Shown: positions 1 to 12,277, counted from the stretch's first letter. The stretch: DNA of 64,000 nt from Eledone cirrhosa (GCA_964016885.1 OZ024761.1:14818001-14882000), one strand, 5' to 3'. The notes: generated from the sequence alone by a model not told the origin. Made by a program: numbers and translations.

Positions 1-110
1 AAATACACCTTGCCCACACTTGTGGCTCAGAGGGGAACTTTCTAGTTGCAAGTCCCATCCATGGTCATTGATGATGGAAGGGGTTCTTTATTCTATTATA
101 TACATATATA

Positions 111-183
111 CATCATCATCATCATCATCATCATCATTTTACGTCCGCTGCCCAATGCTCTAACCACTAAGCCATGTGCCTCC
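111..183 (-). mobile_element. Internally deleted SINE family A copy (tail fused to tRNA head)
   Basis: (CAT)n-TTTTACGTCCGCT (family A tail, reverse) joins directly to GCCCAATGCTCTAACCACTAAGCCATGTGCCTCC (reverse complement of the head at 777). Confidence 0.7.
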
Positions 184-776
184 ATATATATATAACATGA
201 TAGAACCAATTTAAAACTAGTTAGACCTGGAGTAGTAGAGTATGGCTATATTATAAAGAGTCGGGACTCGACAGCTGAGCTCTTGCCATTTCAACAGCTA
301 GTTCCAGACTCACACGCACACACACACATGCTGCTTCCCCTTTCTCTGTATCTCTCATTTTCTTTTTACCCCCTCTGCCAGCCACTCTCTCAGTTAGCCT
401 CTTCCTCACCCTTTCACTCACTCACTCTCTGCTACTCCCTCTCCCTCACTTCCTCCCGTTTGACCTGTGTGAAATCCTTTTCTCGCTCACATTTCACCCA
501 GACTGGATAGTCTTTATCTCTCGTCTACGATTTCACAGAACTTAAGTTCATCGATTTCAGTGACTTGACTCCTTCTTCCTCACTTTTCATTGCATTACTA
601 TCTTTGTTTGTTTACATGTCTGGCTCGTTTCACCCTATTTTACGTGTCCCAACGACTTTCTTTAGCTGTTGCTCGCACCAACCAGAGGTATATGATCTTT
701 AAAGCGATGAAATACCAATGAAGGCTGGAAGATCACTGATGAGGGATTAATTTTATTTAAATATATATATATATAT

Positions 777-1122
777 GGAGGCACATGGCTTAGTGGTTAG
801 AACATTGGCCTTGCAATCGAAAGGTTGTGAGTTCAATCCTCAGACCGGGTGATGTGTTGTTTCCTTGAGCAAGACACTTTATTTCACATTGCTCCAGTTT
901 ACTCAGCTGTAGAAATGAGATGATACGGACTGGGGTCCCTATCATTACACTGCAAAGTGGTCGTGGAGGTGCCACGGCAAAAAAGCACCCAGCACTCACT
1001 GTAAATGAGGTTGGTGTTAGGAAGGGCATCCAGCTGTAGAAATCAAGCCAGAATCAGTTCCCGTCCCACCCTTGCAAGCAGGGAAAAAGTGGACGTAAAA
1101 TGAAATGATGAAATGATGATGA
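777..1122 (+). mobile_element. tRNA-derived SINE family A (CORE-like), full length
   Basis: A-box TGGCTTAGTGG 786-796, anticodon-like loop TTGCAAT, B-box GTTCAATCC 831-839, CORE-like CCTTGAGCAAGACACTT, GGAAGGGCATCCAGCTGTAGAAA block and (ATG)n tail; five more near-identical copies in the window. Confidence 0.9.
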
Positions 1123-1145
1123 CATATATATATATATATATATAG

Positions 1146-1433
1146 ACAATATGCCCCCACACCCCCCACCGCAAGGTGGTCGTGGAGGTGCCACGGCAAA
1201 AAAGCACCCAGCCCACACTGTAAAGTGGACGTGTAGGCGCCACGAAAAAGCACCCAGCACTCACTGTAAATGAGGTTGGTGTTAGGAAGGGCATCCAGCT
1301 GTAGAAATCAAGCCAAATCAGTTCCTGTATGAGCAAGGCATGGTCAGCCGACCAGACACTGCCCACAACAGGACAACCCGTCTAACCCATGCTAGCGTGG
1401 AAGAACGGACGTAAAACGGTGATGATGATGATG
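1146..1433 (+). mobile_element. Headless SINE-A-related element (A2)
   Basis: Shares the GGAAGGGCATCCAGC block and 3' subrepeats with family A, lacks the tRNA head, ends CCCATGCTAGCGTGGAAG...(GAT)n; near-identical inverted copy at 14653-14940. Confidence 0.8.
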
Positions 1434-1666
1434 ATATATATTCTCTTGGTTTGTTTCTTACAAATTTAGGCGACAAGGTGGAGAAATCAATAAATAGTTT
1501 TGATCAACTTTCGATAAGTATCTGTTTCTGCTTGGCTTCCATCATGGTTTATTTAGTGTGTGTATATGTGTCTGAAGGTGAGTGTATCTATATGTATGTG
1601 TCTATATATATATGTCTATATGTCTGGCACATGTTTGTGAAATACTCAGTCAGTCGTGTACACTAT

Positions 1667-1943
1667 AATTGTTTCTACTTTTGGCACAAGGCTAGCAATT
1701 ATCCCAGTACATTACTGGTACAATATAATGGTTTCTTATATAGGCACAAGGTCAGAAATTTGGGGGAGGGGGAAGTCGATTAAATTGACCCTGTGCGTGA
1801 CTGGTACTTTATTTTATCGACCCTGTAAGGATGAAAGGCAAAGTTAACCTCGGCGGGATTTGAACTCAGATCATATTTGAACTCAGTAACTATGCTGCTA
1901 AGCATGGCGTCCAAACCTCTCCCAATATTGCCAATCTACCGCC
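1667..1943 (-). mobile_element. tRNA-derived SINE family B (Meta/MESC-like domain) with duplicated tail
   Basis: Reverse of the GAGTTCAAATCCCGCCGAGGTTAACTTTGCCTTTCATCCTTAC..GTCGATAAAATAAAGTACCAG core; flanked by 18-bp TSD AGTCGTGTACA(C/A)TATAAT at 1652-1669 and 1947-1964. Confidence 0.85.
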
Positions 1944-1974
1944 TTTAGTCGTGTACAATATAATGCAAGATGAA

Positions 1975-2255
1975 CTCTCGCTGTAATTCACACACTGTGC
2001 CATGCTGAATCTCCCTGAGAGTTATGTTATCGGTGCACATGTTTGTGTGGAATACTCAACCATCTACAATATAGTACAAAATAATCTGTACCTGTAATCC
2101 ACAGTCAGTTTTCCCATACACTGTATCTCGCTGAATCTCCCTGAGATTTACATTAAGGGTACATATATCTGTGGAACACTTAAGTTAATTTAAAGAGTAG
2201 GTTGTGTCGTTGACTGAACGATTGCTACACTCATCATGGAAACCACTTGAGGTCC
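1975..2255 (-). mobile_element. Interspersed repeat family C, two degenerate fragments
   Basis: GCTGAATCTCCCTGAGA...TGTGGAA motif occurs twice; reverse complement of 8572-8740 and of the 63.6-63.9 kb units. Confidence 0.65.
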
Positions 2256-2409
2256 ATTCTCCTTATCTTCGCTCGATCTAATAAATCTGTTTTCTAACTT
2301 TATGTCCAACACGCAAAAAAAAAATCATCCCCTGTCTTCCTCGCTCTTGTAATAATTTACAGTGCTGAAGTACAAGATGGTTCCCTCACCACCACCACCA
2401 CTTTGCCTT

Positions 2410-3810
2410 TGTACTTTCTCTCTGTCTCTCTTTCACAAACTCTCTCTTTCTCTCTTTCACAAACTCTCTCTTTCTCTCTTTCACAAACTCTCTCTTTCTC
2501 TCTTTCACAAACTCTCTCTTTCTCTCTTTCACAAACTCTCTCTTTCTCTCTTGCCCTTTCACAAACTCTTTCTTTTTCCCTCGCCCTTTCACAAAATCTC
2601 TCTTTCTCTCTCATTCTTTCACAAACTCTCTCTTTCTCTTTTTTCTCTTTCTCCTCTCACTCTTTCACACACTCTCTCTTTCACAAATTCTTTCTCGCTC
2701 TTTCACAAATTCTTTCTTTCTCTCTTGCTCTTTCACAAACTCTCTCTTTCTCTCTCGTCCTTTCACAAACTCTCTCTTTCTCTCTCGTCCTTTCACAAAC
2801 TCTTTCTTTCTCTCTTGCTCTTTCACAAACTCTCTCTTTCTCTCTCACTCTTTCACAAACTCTCTCTTTCTCTCTTGCTCTTTCACAAACTCTCTCTTTC
2901 TCTCTCGTCCTTTCACAAACTCTTTCTTTCTCTCTCACTCTTTCACAAACTCTCTCTTTCTCTCTCTTTCTCTCTTGCTCTTTCACAAACTCTCTCTTTC
3001 TCTCTCACTCTTTCACAAACTCTCTCTTTCTCTCTCACTCTTTCACAAACTCTCTCTTGCTCTTTCACAAACTCTCTCTTTCTCTTTCACAAACTCTCTC
3101 TTTCTCTCTCGTCCTTTCACAAACTCTCTCTTTCTCTCTCGTCCTTTCACAAACTCTTTTTCTCTTTTGCTCTTTCACAAACTCTCTCTTTCTCTCTTGC
3201 TCTTTCACAAACTCTCTCTTTATCTTTCACCCTTTCACAAACTCTCTCTTTCTCTCTCACCCTTTCACAAACTTCCTCTTTCTCTCTTGCTCTTTCACAA
3301 ACTCTCTCTTTCTCTCTCACCCTTTCACAAACTTCCTCTTTCTCTCTTGCTCTTTCACAAACTCTCTCTTTCTCTCTCACCCTTTCACAAACTCTCTCTT
3401 TCTCTCTTGTCCTTTCACAAACTCTCTCTTTCTCTCTTGTCCTTTCACAAACTCTCCCTTTCTCTCTCGTCCTTTCACAAACTCTCTTTCTCTCTCACTC
3501 TTTCACAAACTCTCTCTTTCTCTCTTGTCCTTTCACAAACTCTCTCTTTCTCTCTTGTCCTTTCACAAACTCTCCCTTTCTCTCTCGTCCTTTCACAAAC
3601 TCTCTTTATCTCTCACTCTTTCACAAACTCTCTTTCTCTCTCACTCTTTCACAAACTCTCTCTTTCTCTCGCTCTTTCACAAACTCTCTCTTTCTCTCGC
3701 TCTTTCACACAAACTCTCTCTTTCCCGCTCTTTCACACAAACTCTCTCTTTCTCTCTCGCTCTTTCACACACAAACTCTCTTCTCTCTTGCCCTTTCACA
3801 AACTCTCACT
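2410..3810. repeat. ~22-30-bp pyrimidine-rich minisatellite (TTTCACAAACTCTCTCTTTCTCTCTTGCTC)
   Basis: Tandem TTTCACAAAC anchors at ~30-bp spacing; accounts for the 334-509 aa low-complexity ORFs. Confidence 0.95.
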
Positions 3811-3914
3811 TTCTCTCTCTCAGTCTCTGACTTTCTCTCTCACTGTCTCTCCCCTTTTCTTACACAAACTCTGTTACAACAGATCTTATGATCAAAGATG
3901 TTGCAGCCTTGGTT

Positions 3915-4420
3915 CAGTAATACACTGGGGTAATTGCTGGCCTTGTGCCAAAAGTAGAAACAATTATTATTATTATTAGTATTAAAGTACCAGTAATGCA
4001 CTGGTGTCGATTTAATCAACTTTCCCCTCTCCCCCAAATTGGTGGCCTTGTGCCTTTGCAGCAAAGAGCTACGGCCCTTTATGGTCTGAGTTCAAATCCC
4101 GCCGAGGTTAACTTTGCCTTTCATTCATCCTTACAGGGTCGATAAAATAAAGTACCAGTAATACACTGGGATAATTGCTGGCCCTGTGCCAAAAGTAGAA
4201 ACAATTATTATTATTATCTTCAAGGGCAGTGGATTGACGGTATCGGTAGAGGGTCGAACGCCATGCTTTGTGGCATAGAGTTACGGCCCTTTACGGTCTG
4301 AGTTCAAATCCCGCTGAGGTTAACTTTGCCTTTCATCCTTACGGGGGTCGATAAAATAAAGTACCAGTCACGCACTGGGGTAATTGCTGGCCTTTGTGCC
4401 AAAAGAAGAAACAATTATTA
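3915..4420 (+). mobile_element. Cluster of tandem SINE family B copies and tails
   Basis: Repeated GGCCTTGTGCCAAAAGTAGAAACAATT(ATT)n tails; 5'-truncated copy ~4060-4215 and full copy ~4224-4420. Confidence 0.85.
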
Positions 4421-4516
4421 TTTCCCCTGATTTCTACACCCTTCCCCCATTTTCATGTTGTAACCTGCTTTTGTACACCTTTTCATCCGATGCCCATGTG
4501 ACATATTAAAGAAACC

Positions 4517-5200
4517 ATGGGTGGTGTATTGGCAGAATCGGTAGAGCGTCAGACAACATGCTTTGCGGCATTGAGTTACGGCCCTTTGCGTTCTGAGTTC
4601 ACATCCAGACAACATGCTTTGCGGCATTGAGTTACGGCCCTTTGCGTTCTGAGTTCAAATCCAGACAACATGCTTTGCGGCATTGAGTTACGGCCCTTTG
4701 CGTTCTGAGTTCACATCCAGACAACATGATTTGCGGCATTGAGTTACGGCCCTTTGCGTTCTGAGTTCACATCCAGACAACAAGCTTTGCGGCATTGAGT
4801 TACGGCCCTTTGCGTTCTGAGTTCAAATCCAGACAACATGCTTTGCGGCATTGAGTTACGACCCATTGCGTTCTGAGTTCACATCCAGACAACAAGCTTT
4901 GCGGCATTGAGTTACGACCCATTGCGTTCTGAGTTCACATCCAGACAACAAGCTTTGCGGTATTGAGTTACGGCCCTTTGCGTTCTGAGTTCAAATCCAG
5001 ACAACATGCTTTGCGGCATTGAGTTACGGCCCATTGCGTTCTGAGTTCAAATCCCGTCGAGTTTAGCTCTTTGCCTTTCATCATTTCGGGGTCGATAAAA
5101 TAAAGCACCAGCAGTGTATTGGAGTCGATTTAATCGATCTCCCCACCACCACCTCCACCACCATAAAGTTACTGGCCTTGTGCCTAATTCAGAAACCGTT
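4517..5200 (+). mobile_element. SINE family B copy carrying an internal 9 x 56-bp tandem array
   Basis: Head TTGGCAGAATCGGTAGAG, then units starting CAGACAAC at 4550, 4606 ... 4998, then normal core TTTGCCTTTCATC..GGGGTCGATAAAATAAAG and tail. Confidence 0.9.
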
Positions 5201-5344
5201 GTTGTTGTTGTTGTTGTTGTTGACAGATATCCTGCCTCGGACTACGTCTCTTTATTTCATTTTCTTCTTTTTAAGATCATGATAACGAGATCTGGTTGTT
5301 ATTTCTAGCTCGTCTAGCGATCTCTCAGCGAAGACGGCTTTGCT

Positions 5345-5345
<1 letters not shown>

Positions 5346-5386
<41 letters not shown>

Positions 5387-6420
5387 TATAATATATATGT
5401 ATATGTGTGTGTGTGTGTGTGTATGCTTATAATATATTTGTGCATGTATGTGTGTGTGTGTGTGTATTTGTATGTGTGTGTGTGTGCTTATAATATATAT
5501 GTATATGTGTGTGTGTGTGTGTGTATGCTTATAATATATTTGTGCATGTATGTGTGTGTGTGTGTGTATTTGTATGTGTGTGTGTGTGTGCTTATAATAT
5601 ATATGTATATGTGTGTGTGTGTGTGTGTATGCTTATAATATATTTGTGCATGTATGTGTGTGTGTGTGTGTATTTGTATGTGTGTGTGTGTGCTTATAAT
5701 ATATATGTATATGTGTGTGTGTGTATGCTTATAATATATTTGTGCATGTATGTGTGTGTATTTGTATGTGTGTATGTGCTTATAATATATTAGTGTGTGC
5801 TTATAATATATTTGTGCATGTATGTGTGTGTGTGTGTGCTTATAATATATTTGTATGTGTGTGTGTGTGTGTGTATGCTTATAATATATTTGTGCATGTA
5901 TGTGTGTGTATTTGTATGTGTGTATGTGCTTATAATATATTAGTGTGTGCTTATAATATATTTGTGTATGTGTCTGTGCGTGTTTATAATATATTAGTGT
6001 GTGTGCGTATATATACGTGTGTTCGGTTAATATATTAATGTGTGTGCGTGCATATATATATTAATGTGTGTGTGTGTGTGTGCATGTGTATAATATATTA
6101 GTGTGTGCGTGCGTATATATATTAGTGTGTGTGCGTGAGTATAATATATTAGTGTGTGCGTGCGTATATATATTAGTGTGTGTGTGTGTGTGCGTATAAT
6201 ATATTAGTGTGTGTATGTGGTATGAATGTGTGTGTGTACATATTAGTGTGTGTATGTGTATGTCACTTGTGTTATTTTGCAAATGTTCATTCACAGCAGC
6301 GAAGTTGTCAGGTGACGTCAGTCGCACACACACACACACACATATACATACACACACATATACATACACACACACATACATATGTGTCATACACACGAAC
6401 ACACATACGTATACACACAC
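5346..6420. repeat. Compound (TG)n/(CA)n minisatellite with GCTTATAATATAT anchors
   Basis: Visible directly in the sequence. Confidence 0.9.
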
Positions 6421-6464
6421 ACTTTCTCTCCCCTTAGCTTGCTTGGTTTTAAGTTTTAATCTCT

Positions 6465-7430
6465 AACTCTCTCTCTATCTCTCTAGTTATCTCACACCCT
6501 CTCTCTATATATATCTAGTTATCTCACACACCCTCTCTCTCTATCTCTCTAGTTATCTCACACACCCTCTCTCTATATATATCTAGTTATCTCACACACC
6601 CTCTCTCTATATATATCTAGTTATCTCACACACCCTCTCTCTATATATATCTCGTTATCTCACACACCCTCTCTCTATATATATCTAGTTATCTCACACA
6701 CCCTCTCTCTATATATATCTAGTTATCTCACACACCCTCTCTATCTCTCTAGTTATCTCACACACCCTCTCTATCTATCTAGTTATCTCACACACCCTCT
6801 CTCTATATATATCTAGTTATCTCACACACACCCTCTCTATCTCTCTATTTATCTCACACACACCCCCTCTCTATCTCTCTAGTTATCTCACACACCCTCT
6901 CTCTATCTCTCTAGTTATCTCACACACCCTCTCTATCTATCTAGTTATCTCACACACCCTCTCTCTATATATATCTAGTTATCTCACACACACCCTCTCT
7001 ATCTCTCTATTTATCTCACACACACCCCCTCTCTATCTCTCTAGTTATCTCACACACCCTCTCTATCTATCTAGTTATCTCACCCCCCCCTCTCTCTCTA
7101 TCTATTTAGTTATCTCACCCCCCTATATATATCTAGTTATCTCACACCCACTCTCTCTATCTAGTTATCTCACACAGCCCTCTATATATATCTAGTTATC
7201 TCACACACATACCCTCTCTATATATATCTAGTTATCTCACACACATACCCTCTCTATATATATCTAGTTATCTCACCCCCCCTCTATATATATCTAGTTA
7301 TCTCACACATACCCTCTCTATATATATCTAGTTATCCCCCCCCCCCTCTATGTATATCTAGTTATCTCACACACCCCTCTCTATATATATCTAGTTATCT
7401 CACACACACCCTCTCTATCTATCTGGTTTT
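6465..7430. repeat. ~30-35-bp minisatellite (TAGTTATCTCACACACCCTCTCTCTATATATATC)
   Basis: Repeated TAGTTATCTCAC anchor. Confidence 0.95.
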
Positions 7431-8401
7431 CTCTCACACCCTTTCTATCTATTTATCTACCCCCCCCACTCACACTCTCTCTCTATCTGGTTATTTCTCA
7501 CACGCTTTCTATCTATTTATCTATCCCCCTCCCTCTCACACTCTCTATCTATCTGTCTGCTTATCTCTCACACCCTCTTTGTTTATTTATCTCTCTAGCT
7601 ATCTCTCACACTCCCTTTCTCAATCAATCTCTCTATCTATGTAACTATCCATCTCCCTTTCTCTAGCCAACTCTTTCTCTCGCTCATCTCTTCAGCTATC
7701 TCTTACACCGCCTTTCTCTATTTCTCTCACCCTTTCTCTTTCTTCCTCACACTCTCGCTCATCGCTCATGTGCAAACACTCACCGCCTGTCTTCACTTAG
7801 ACTTCCTTCTCTATTGACGACATGACTCTTAAGTAAGTGCTCCAAATAAGCAGAGGAGCGCCGGAGCACGATCACGATCACGTCCAGGCGTAATACTCTT
7901 TCTCTTCTATATCTAGAAGTCCAGTCGATTGAAATTCGATTTTAAAGTTAAAAAAACATCAACAAAACAAAACAAACAAACACACAAAGATGTTGCCCCA
8001 CTCTACACTTACACACATAGAAGACAAGAGAAATAGCATGAATGCCTCAACTTCCCGTTTCTCACTTAACACGTCTGGAGTAAATTAAGTGATCTCGACT
8101 AAAAGAGAGAGATAGATAGAGATCATATACATATAATCGAGGATATATATATACTACGGTGGAGTATATATATACTTTATATATATATATATACTTTGCT
8201 AAACGGTGTGTTGTTTTTTTCGCCGACTCCACTCACGATCTTTTACGGTAAGAACGAAGCCAGCTCAGCTTACGAGGGACCAGTTTACCATATATTTTGT
8301 TTTGCGTTGTTCCGGAGTCGATTGCTATAAATACCGGTAAGATACTGAGGGCATTTATTTATTTATTTATTACAATTGGTGATGAATTTCCACCGCAATT
8401 C

Positions 8402-8442
<41 letters not shown>

Positions 8443-8494
8443 CTCTCTCTCCTTCTCTATTTATATATATTTGTCTCTCTCTCTCTCTCTCTCT

Positions 8495-8525
<31 letters not shown>

Positions 8526-8571
8526 GCACACACATTTATAGACACATACGTTCATATACACGTATATGTTA

Positions 8572-8740
8572 TGGCACCCCGTCGTTTATGACGACGAGTG
8601 TTCCCGTTGAATACGACCAACGGAACAGCTTGCTCTTGAAATTACCGTGCAAGTGGTCTGTGTATTCCACAGACACACGTACCCTTAACGTAGTTCTCAG
8701 GGAGATTCAGGCTGACCCCTTCCAATTACAAGTACAACTT
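8572..8740 (+). mobile_element. Interspersed repeat family C
   Basis: GGAACAGCTTGCTCTTGAAATTACCGTGCAAGTGG...GTAGTTCTCAGGGAGATTCAG matches the tandem units at 63550-63960. Confidence 0.7.
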
Positions 8741-8914
8741 ATTTTTTTTTTTATACCAGTTAAGTAATCGTGAGCCGAATACCTTAACATATACACGCAC
8801 TCGCATATATATATATATATGTGTGTGTGTGTAGTGTCTGCTCTAATGGTATTAGTAGCCCATAAAGAAAGAAGAATTCAGTATTTATGTGTAGAGAGTA
8901 AACATACAAGTTTA

Positions 8915-9007
8915 TTTATTCATTTACTTACAACATAGCTACGATTATTATTTAACTGAAGTGTCTTTGCTGAAACATCATAGCTATGCTGTAAGAAAAT
9001 GAATAAA
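8915..9007. mobile_element. Short foldback element with degenerate hammerhead-like core
   Basis: ~31-bp imperfect inverted arms TTTATTCATTTACTTACAACATAGCTACGAT / ATCATAGCTATGCTGTAAGAAAATGAATAAA around CTGAAGT-GTCTTTGCT-GAAAC. Confidence 0.5.
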
Positions 9008-9044
9008 CTCTCTCTCTATATATATAGATAGGTAGATAAATAAA

Positions 9045-9255
9045 TGTGTGTGCCAAAAGTAGAAACAATCGTTATTATTATTATCGAGGTTAAACTTTGC
9101 CTTTCATCCTTACGGGGTCGATAAAATAAAGTACCAGTAATACACTGGGTAATTGCTGGCCTTGTGCATAACGTAGAAACAATTATTATTATTATACCAG
9201 TAATATACTGGATAATTGCTGGCCTTGTGCCAATAGTAGAAACTATTATTATTAT
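9045..9255 (+). mobile_element. SINE family B 3' fragments in tandem
   Basis: Core GAGGTTAAACTTTGCCTTTCATCCTTACGGGGTCGATAA plus three tails. Confidence 0.8.
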
Positions 9256-9434
9256 GTTACCTTTTCTTACAATACCATACAATATGTACAAGCCTGTTTT
9301 AACCAACATAATTATGGACTTGTCTTCTCTCTCCATCTCACACACACACACACACTGCATATATACATACAGACACACGTATACTCACATTTGTATGATA
9401 TGTATGTATATATATTTATGTATAGAAATTACAG

Positions 9435-9475
<41 letters not shown>

Positions 9476-9505
9476 CATGGGTGTGTATGATTGTGTATAG
9501 AAGAT

Positions 9506-9780
9506 TATATTAATAAGAGGAATTCCAACTTTGTCTGATTTACTCGTTTTATTTACAATCCTTTAAAATTTATAATGGTATTATAATGAAACATTTGAAA
9601 ATTGCAAACTTGACTGTCACCACACATTATGAACCTGAAGATTGCGAAAGCATGAAAGTACTTGTTCAATTAACACCTAACATTTAATAATCTATCATAC
9701 TATTTCATTATAATACCATTATAAATTTTAAAGGATTGTCAATAAAACGAGTAAATCAGACAAAGATGGAATTCCTCTTA

Positions 9781-9788
<8 letters not shown>
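9506..9788. mobile_element. Foldback element (~86-bp inverted arms), Penelope-like
   Basis: Arms 9506-9591 and 9703-9788 are reverse complements with ~3 differences; the spacer holds a hammerhead fold; adjacent (TA)n. Confidence 0.75.
9630..9668 (+). ncRNA. Minimal type I hammerhead ribozyme candidate
   Basis: TGAAC-CTGAAGA-tTGC(GAAA)GCAt-GAAA-GTAC-TT-GTTCA: stem I TGAAC/GTTCA, stem II with GNRA loop (first pair U.U), palindromic stem III AGTACT, UH site. Confidence 0.65.
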
Positions 9789-9845
<57 letters not shown>

Positions 9846-10121
9846 ACACTTCGGTTTTGTATTTGTTTTGCTATATTCCTGATGTGAAATCGTGTGTCGA
9901 AACAGATATTGTTATGCTTTGAACTGCTCTAAGTATGAAACATACACCCACTATAGATATAAGTTAAAAGAGAAAACAAAAACAATAACGAAGAGTGCAG
10001 TACAAGTATATATATACATACATATATATTTAAAAAGTTAAACAAGGTTCAATGAATACATCAAAGAATGAGTTTTACAATAGATTGGAAGCACTCAACC
10101 GTAGGGTTTTCCAGAGTTATT

Positions 10122-10332
10122 AATGTTAATTCAAAATATTAACAAAATAGATATTTTTGTGATCAATTATGTTTTATTATAACCATCTACTATGTCAGGG
10201 TATGTCATGCATCATCTTATTTTATCTGATGAGGACGTACTGTTGAACTTAACTCAGTACCTCTGAAATATGTATAATAAAATATACTTGATCACAAGAA
10301 TATCTATTTTGTTAATATTTTGAATTAACATT
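10122..10332. mobile_element. Foldback element (~60-bp inverted arms), Penelope-like
   Basis: Arms 10122-10181 and 10273-10332 with 3 mismatches; hammerhead in the spacer. Confidence 0.75.
10218..10284 (+). ncRNA. Type I hammerhead ribozyme candidate
   Basis: TATTTTAT-CTGATGA-GGAcGTACTG(12 nt)CAGTACcTCT-GAAA-TATGTA-TA-ATAAAATA: 8-bp stem I, intact core, 9-bp stem II, quasi-palindromic stem III, AUA site. Confidence 0.8.
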
Positions 10333-10739
10333 TACACACACATATATATATATATACACACACACATATATATATATATCTATCTATCTATATACATATA
10401 TATATACATACACACACATATACATATGTGTGTATGTATGTATATATGTGTGTGTATGTATATATATATAAAACATAAATGGAATGTGCCTGTGTGTGAT
10501 CTACGATTATCAGGCGCTTATAGACGTATACATGCTCACATATACACACATAACGTGCATATGTGTGTATATGCTCACATATACACACATATGCATGTTT
10601 ATCAGATACAAATACACATATTTGCCAGACACACATATATGCATATACATGCATATATACGTATAGACGATAGATACATACATATGTACGTTTACAAGAT
10701 ATACATATAGGCATATATGTATATACATATAGTTAAATA

Positions 10740-11148
10740 TATACGCTAATGCACCTTTGCCACAAACACACACATACGCACGTACGCTTCCCAGATGCAC
10801 ATATATACATAGATTCATACATACGTACGTTCGCCAGATACACTTACATATGTACGTCTGCTACACACACATACATATATACATATACACACACATACAT
10901 ACGTATGTTTGCCAGATACAATTACATATGTACATTTGCCACACACACATATATATAAATACATATACACACACACACACACACACATACGTACGTTTGC
11001 CAGACACACACACACACATATATATACATTTACATTAACACACACATAACGTACGTACGTTTCCCAGCTACACACACACACACACGTACGTTTGCCAGAC
11101 ACACACATATATATATACATATACACACACATACATAAGTACGTTTTC

Positions 11149-11182
<34 letters not shown>

Positions 11183-11480
11183 CATATACACACGCATACA
11201 TACGTACGTTTCCCAGGTACACACACATATATATATACATATACACATACATACGTACGTTTGCCAGACACACACACATACATATATACATACACACACA
11301 TACATATGTACGTTTGCCACACACACACACACACATATATATATACATATACACACACATACATACGTACGTTTCCCAGATACACACACATACATATGTA
11401 CGTTTCCCAGATACACACACATACATATGTACATTTCCAAGATACACATATATACACAGAGACACGTACATCCGTACGTT
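10740..11480. repeat. Compound minisatellite (TACGTACGTTTGCCAGA + CA/TA tracts)
   Basis: Repeated TACGTTT(G/C)CCAGA anchors. Confidence 0.9.
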
Positions 11481-11509
11481 TGTCAATTACATACATGCAT
11501 ACACGCATG

Positions 11510-11665
11510 TTCTACTAGTTTCAGTCATTTAGACTTCGGCCATGCTGGGGCACCCCACCATGAAGGGGTTTTAGTTGATCGTATCGACATCCTGATACTT
11601 ATTAAAGGAAAAAAAAAAACCTGCTACTCATTTTATCGATCTCTTTTTATCGAACCGCAAGTTTT
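11510..11665 (-). mobile_element. Third SINE-like family (D) fragment
   Basis: CATTTAGACTTCGGCCATGCTGGGGCACC...ATCGAC motif, also at ~30790-30845 and ~40570-40790. Confidence 0.6.
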
Positions 11666-12150
11666 TCTGTATGTACAGATATAATATATCTTGAAAACTT
11701 TGTGATCGTTTTAATGGTGAGCATATGTATGCAACACACCATTGACACTTGCTTATCTTTCTACTGACGGTCTATATTACTGGTACTGAGCTATGGGGGG
11801 AGGAGGGGTGATGGGTGGGTGATTGTTTGATGTGCGTTGGTGGCGGACATGCCTCACTAGCCAGTGTGACAGCGGAGTTTGTTTGTTTGTCACACTGGCT
11901 GATCTTATTACTGGTGCTGTAATAGTGGGTGGGTGGTTGGTTGTGTGTGTCGCGTGAGTTGGTGGTGGGCAAGCATGCCTTACCACTGAGGCACTGCTGT
12001 TGCTACTGCTATTTACAGTATAATGGAGAGGGGGGTTGCAAGCATATGAAAGAGGAGATAATGTGTTTGTTATGTTAAGTCCAACAACACCTGCTGTCTA
12101 GTGTGTGGGGTGGGGGTGGGGGTGGGGGTGGATAGCAGCGATTATAGAGG

Positions 12151-12188
<38 letters not shown>

Positions 12189-12240
12189 TTGTTTCTGTGT
12201 TTATGCATACACATGTTCATTTATTTGTGTGAAATATACT

Positions 12241-12277
<37 letters not shown>

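Noticed and set aside
687-760. Possible type III hammerhead (TA-TGATCTT...AAGATCA-CTGATGA)
   Set aside because: Stem I and the core are present but no stem II or GAAA follows; truncated or coincidental.
777-850. tRNA-Cys-like gene (GCA loop)
   Set aside because: Acceptor and anticodon stems do not pair properly and the sequence continues into a multicopy SINE body.
790-1029. Recurrent 'MPFLTPTSF...LQLSKLEQCEIKCLAQG' peptide
   Set aside because: Antisense translation of SINE A copies, not a gene family.
2362-3979. 334-509 aa ORFs in all three plus frames
   Set aside because: Pyrimidine minisatellite lacking stop codons by composition.
9880-9920. CTGATGT...GAAAC hammerhead-like motif
   Set aside because: Core mismatch and no stem I.
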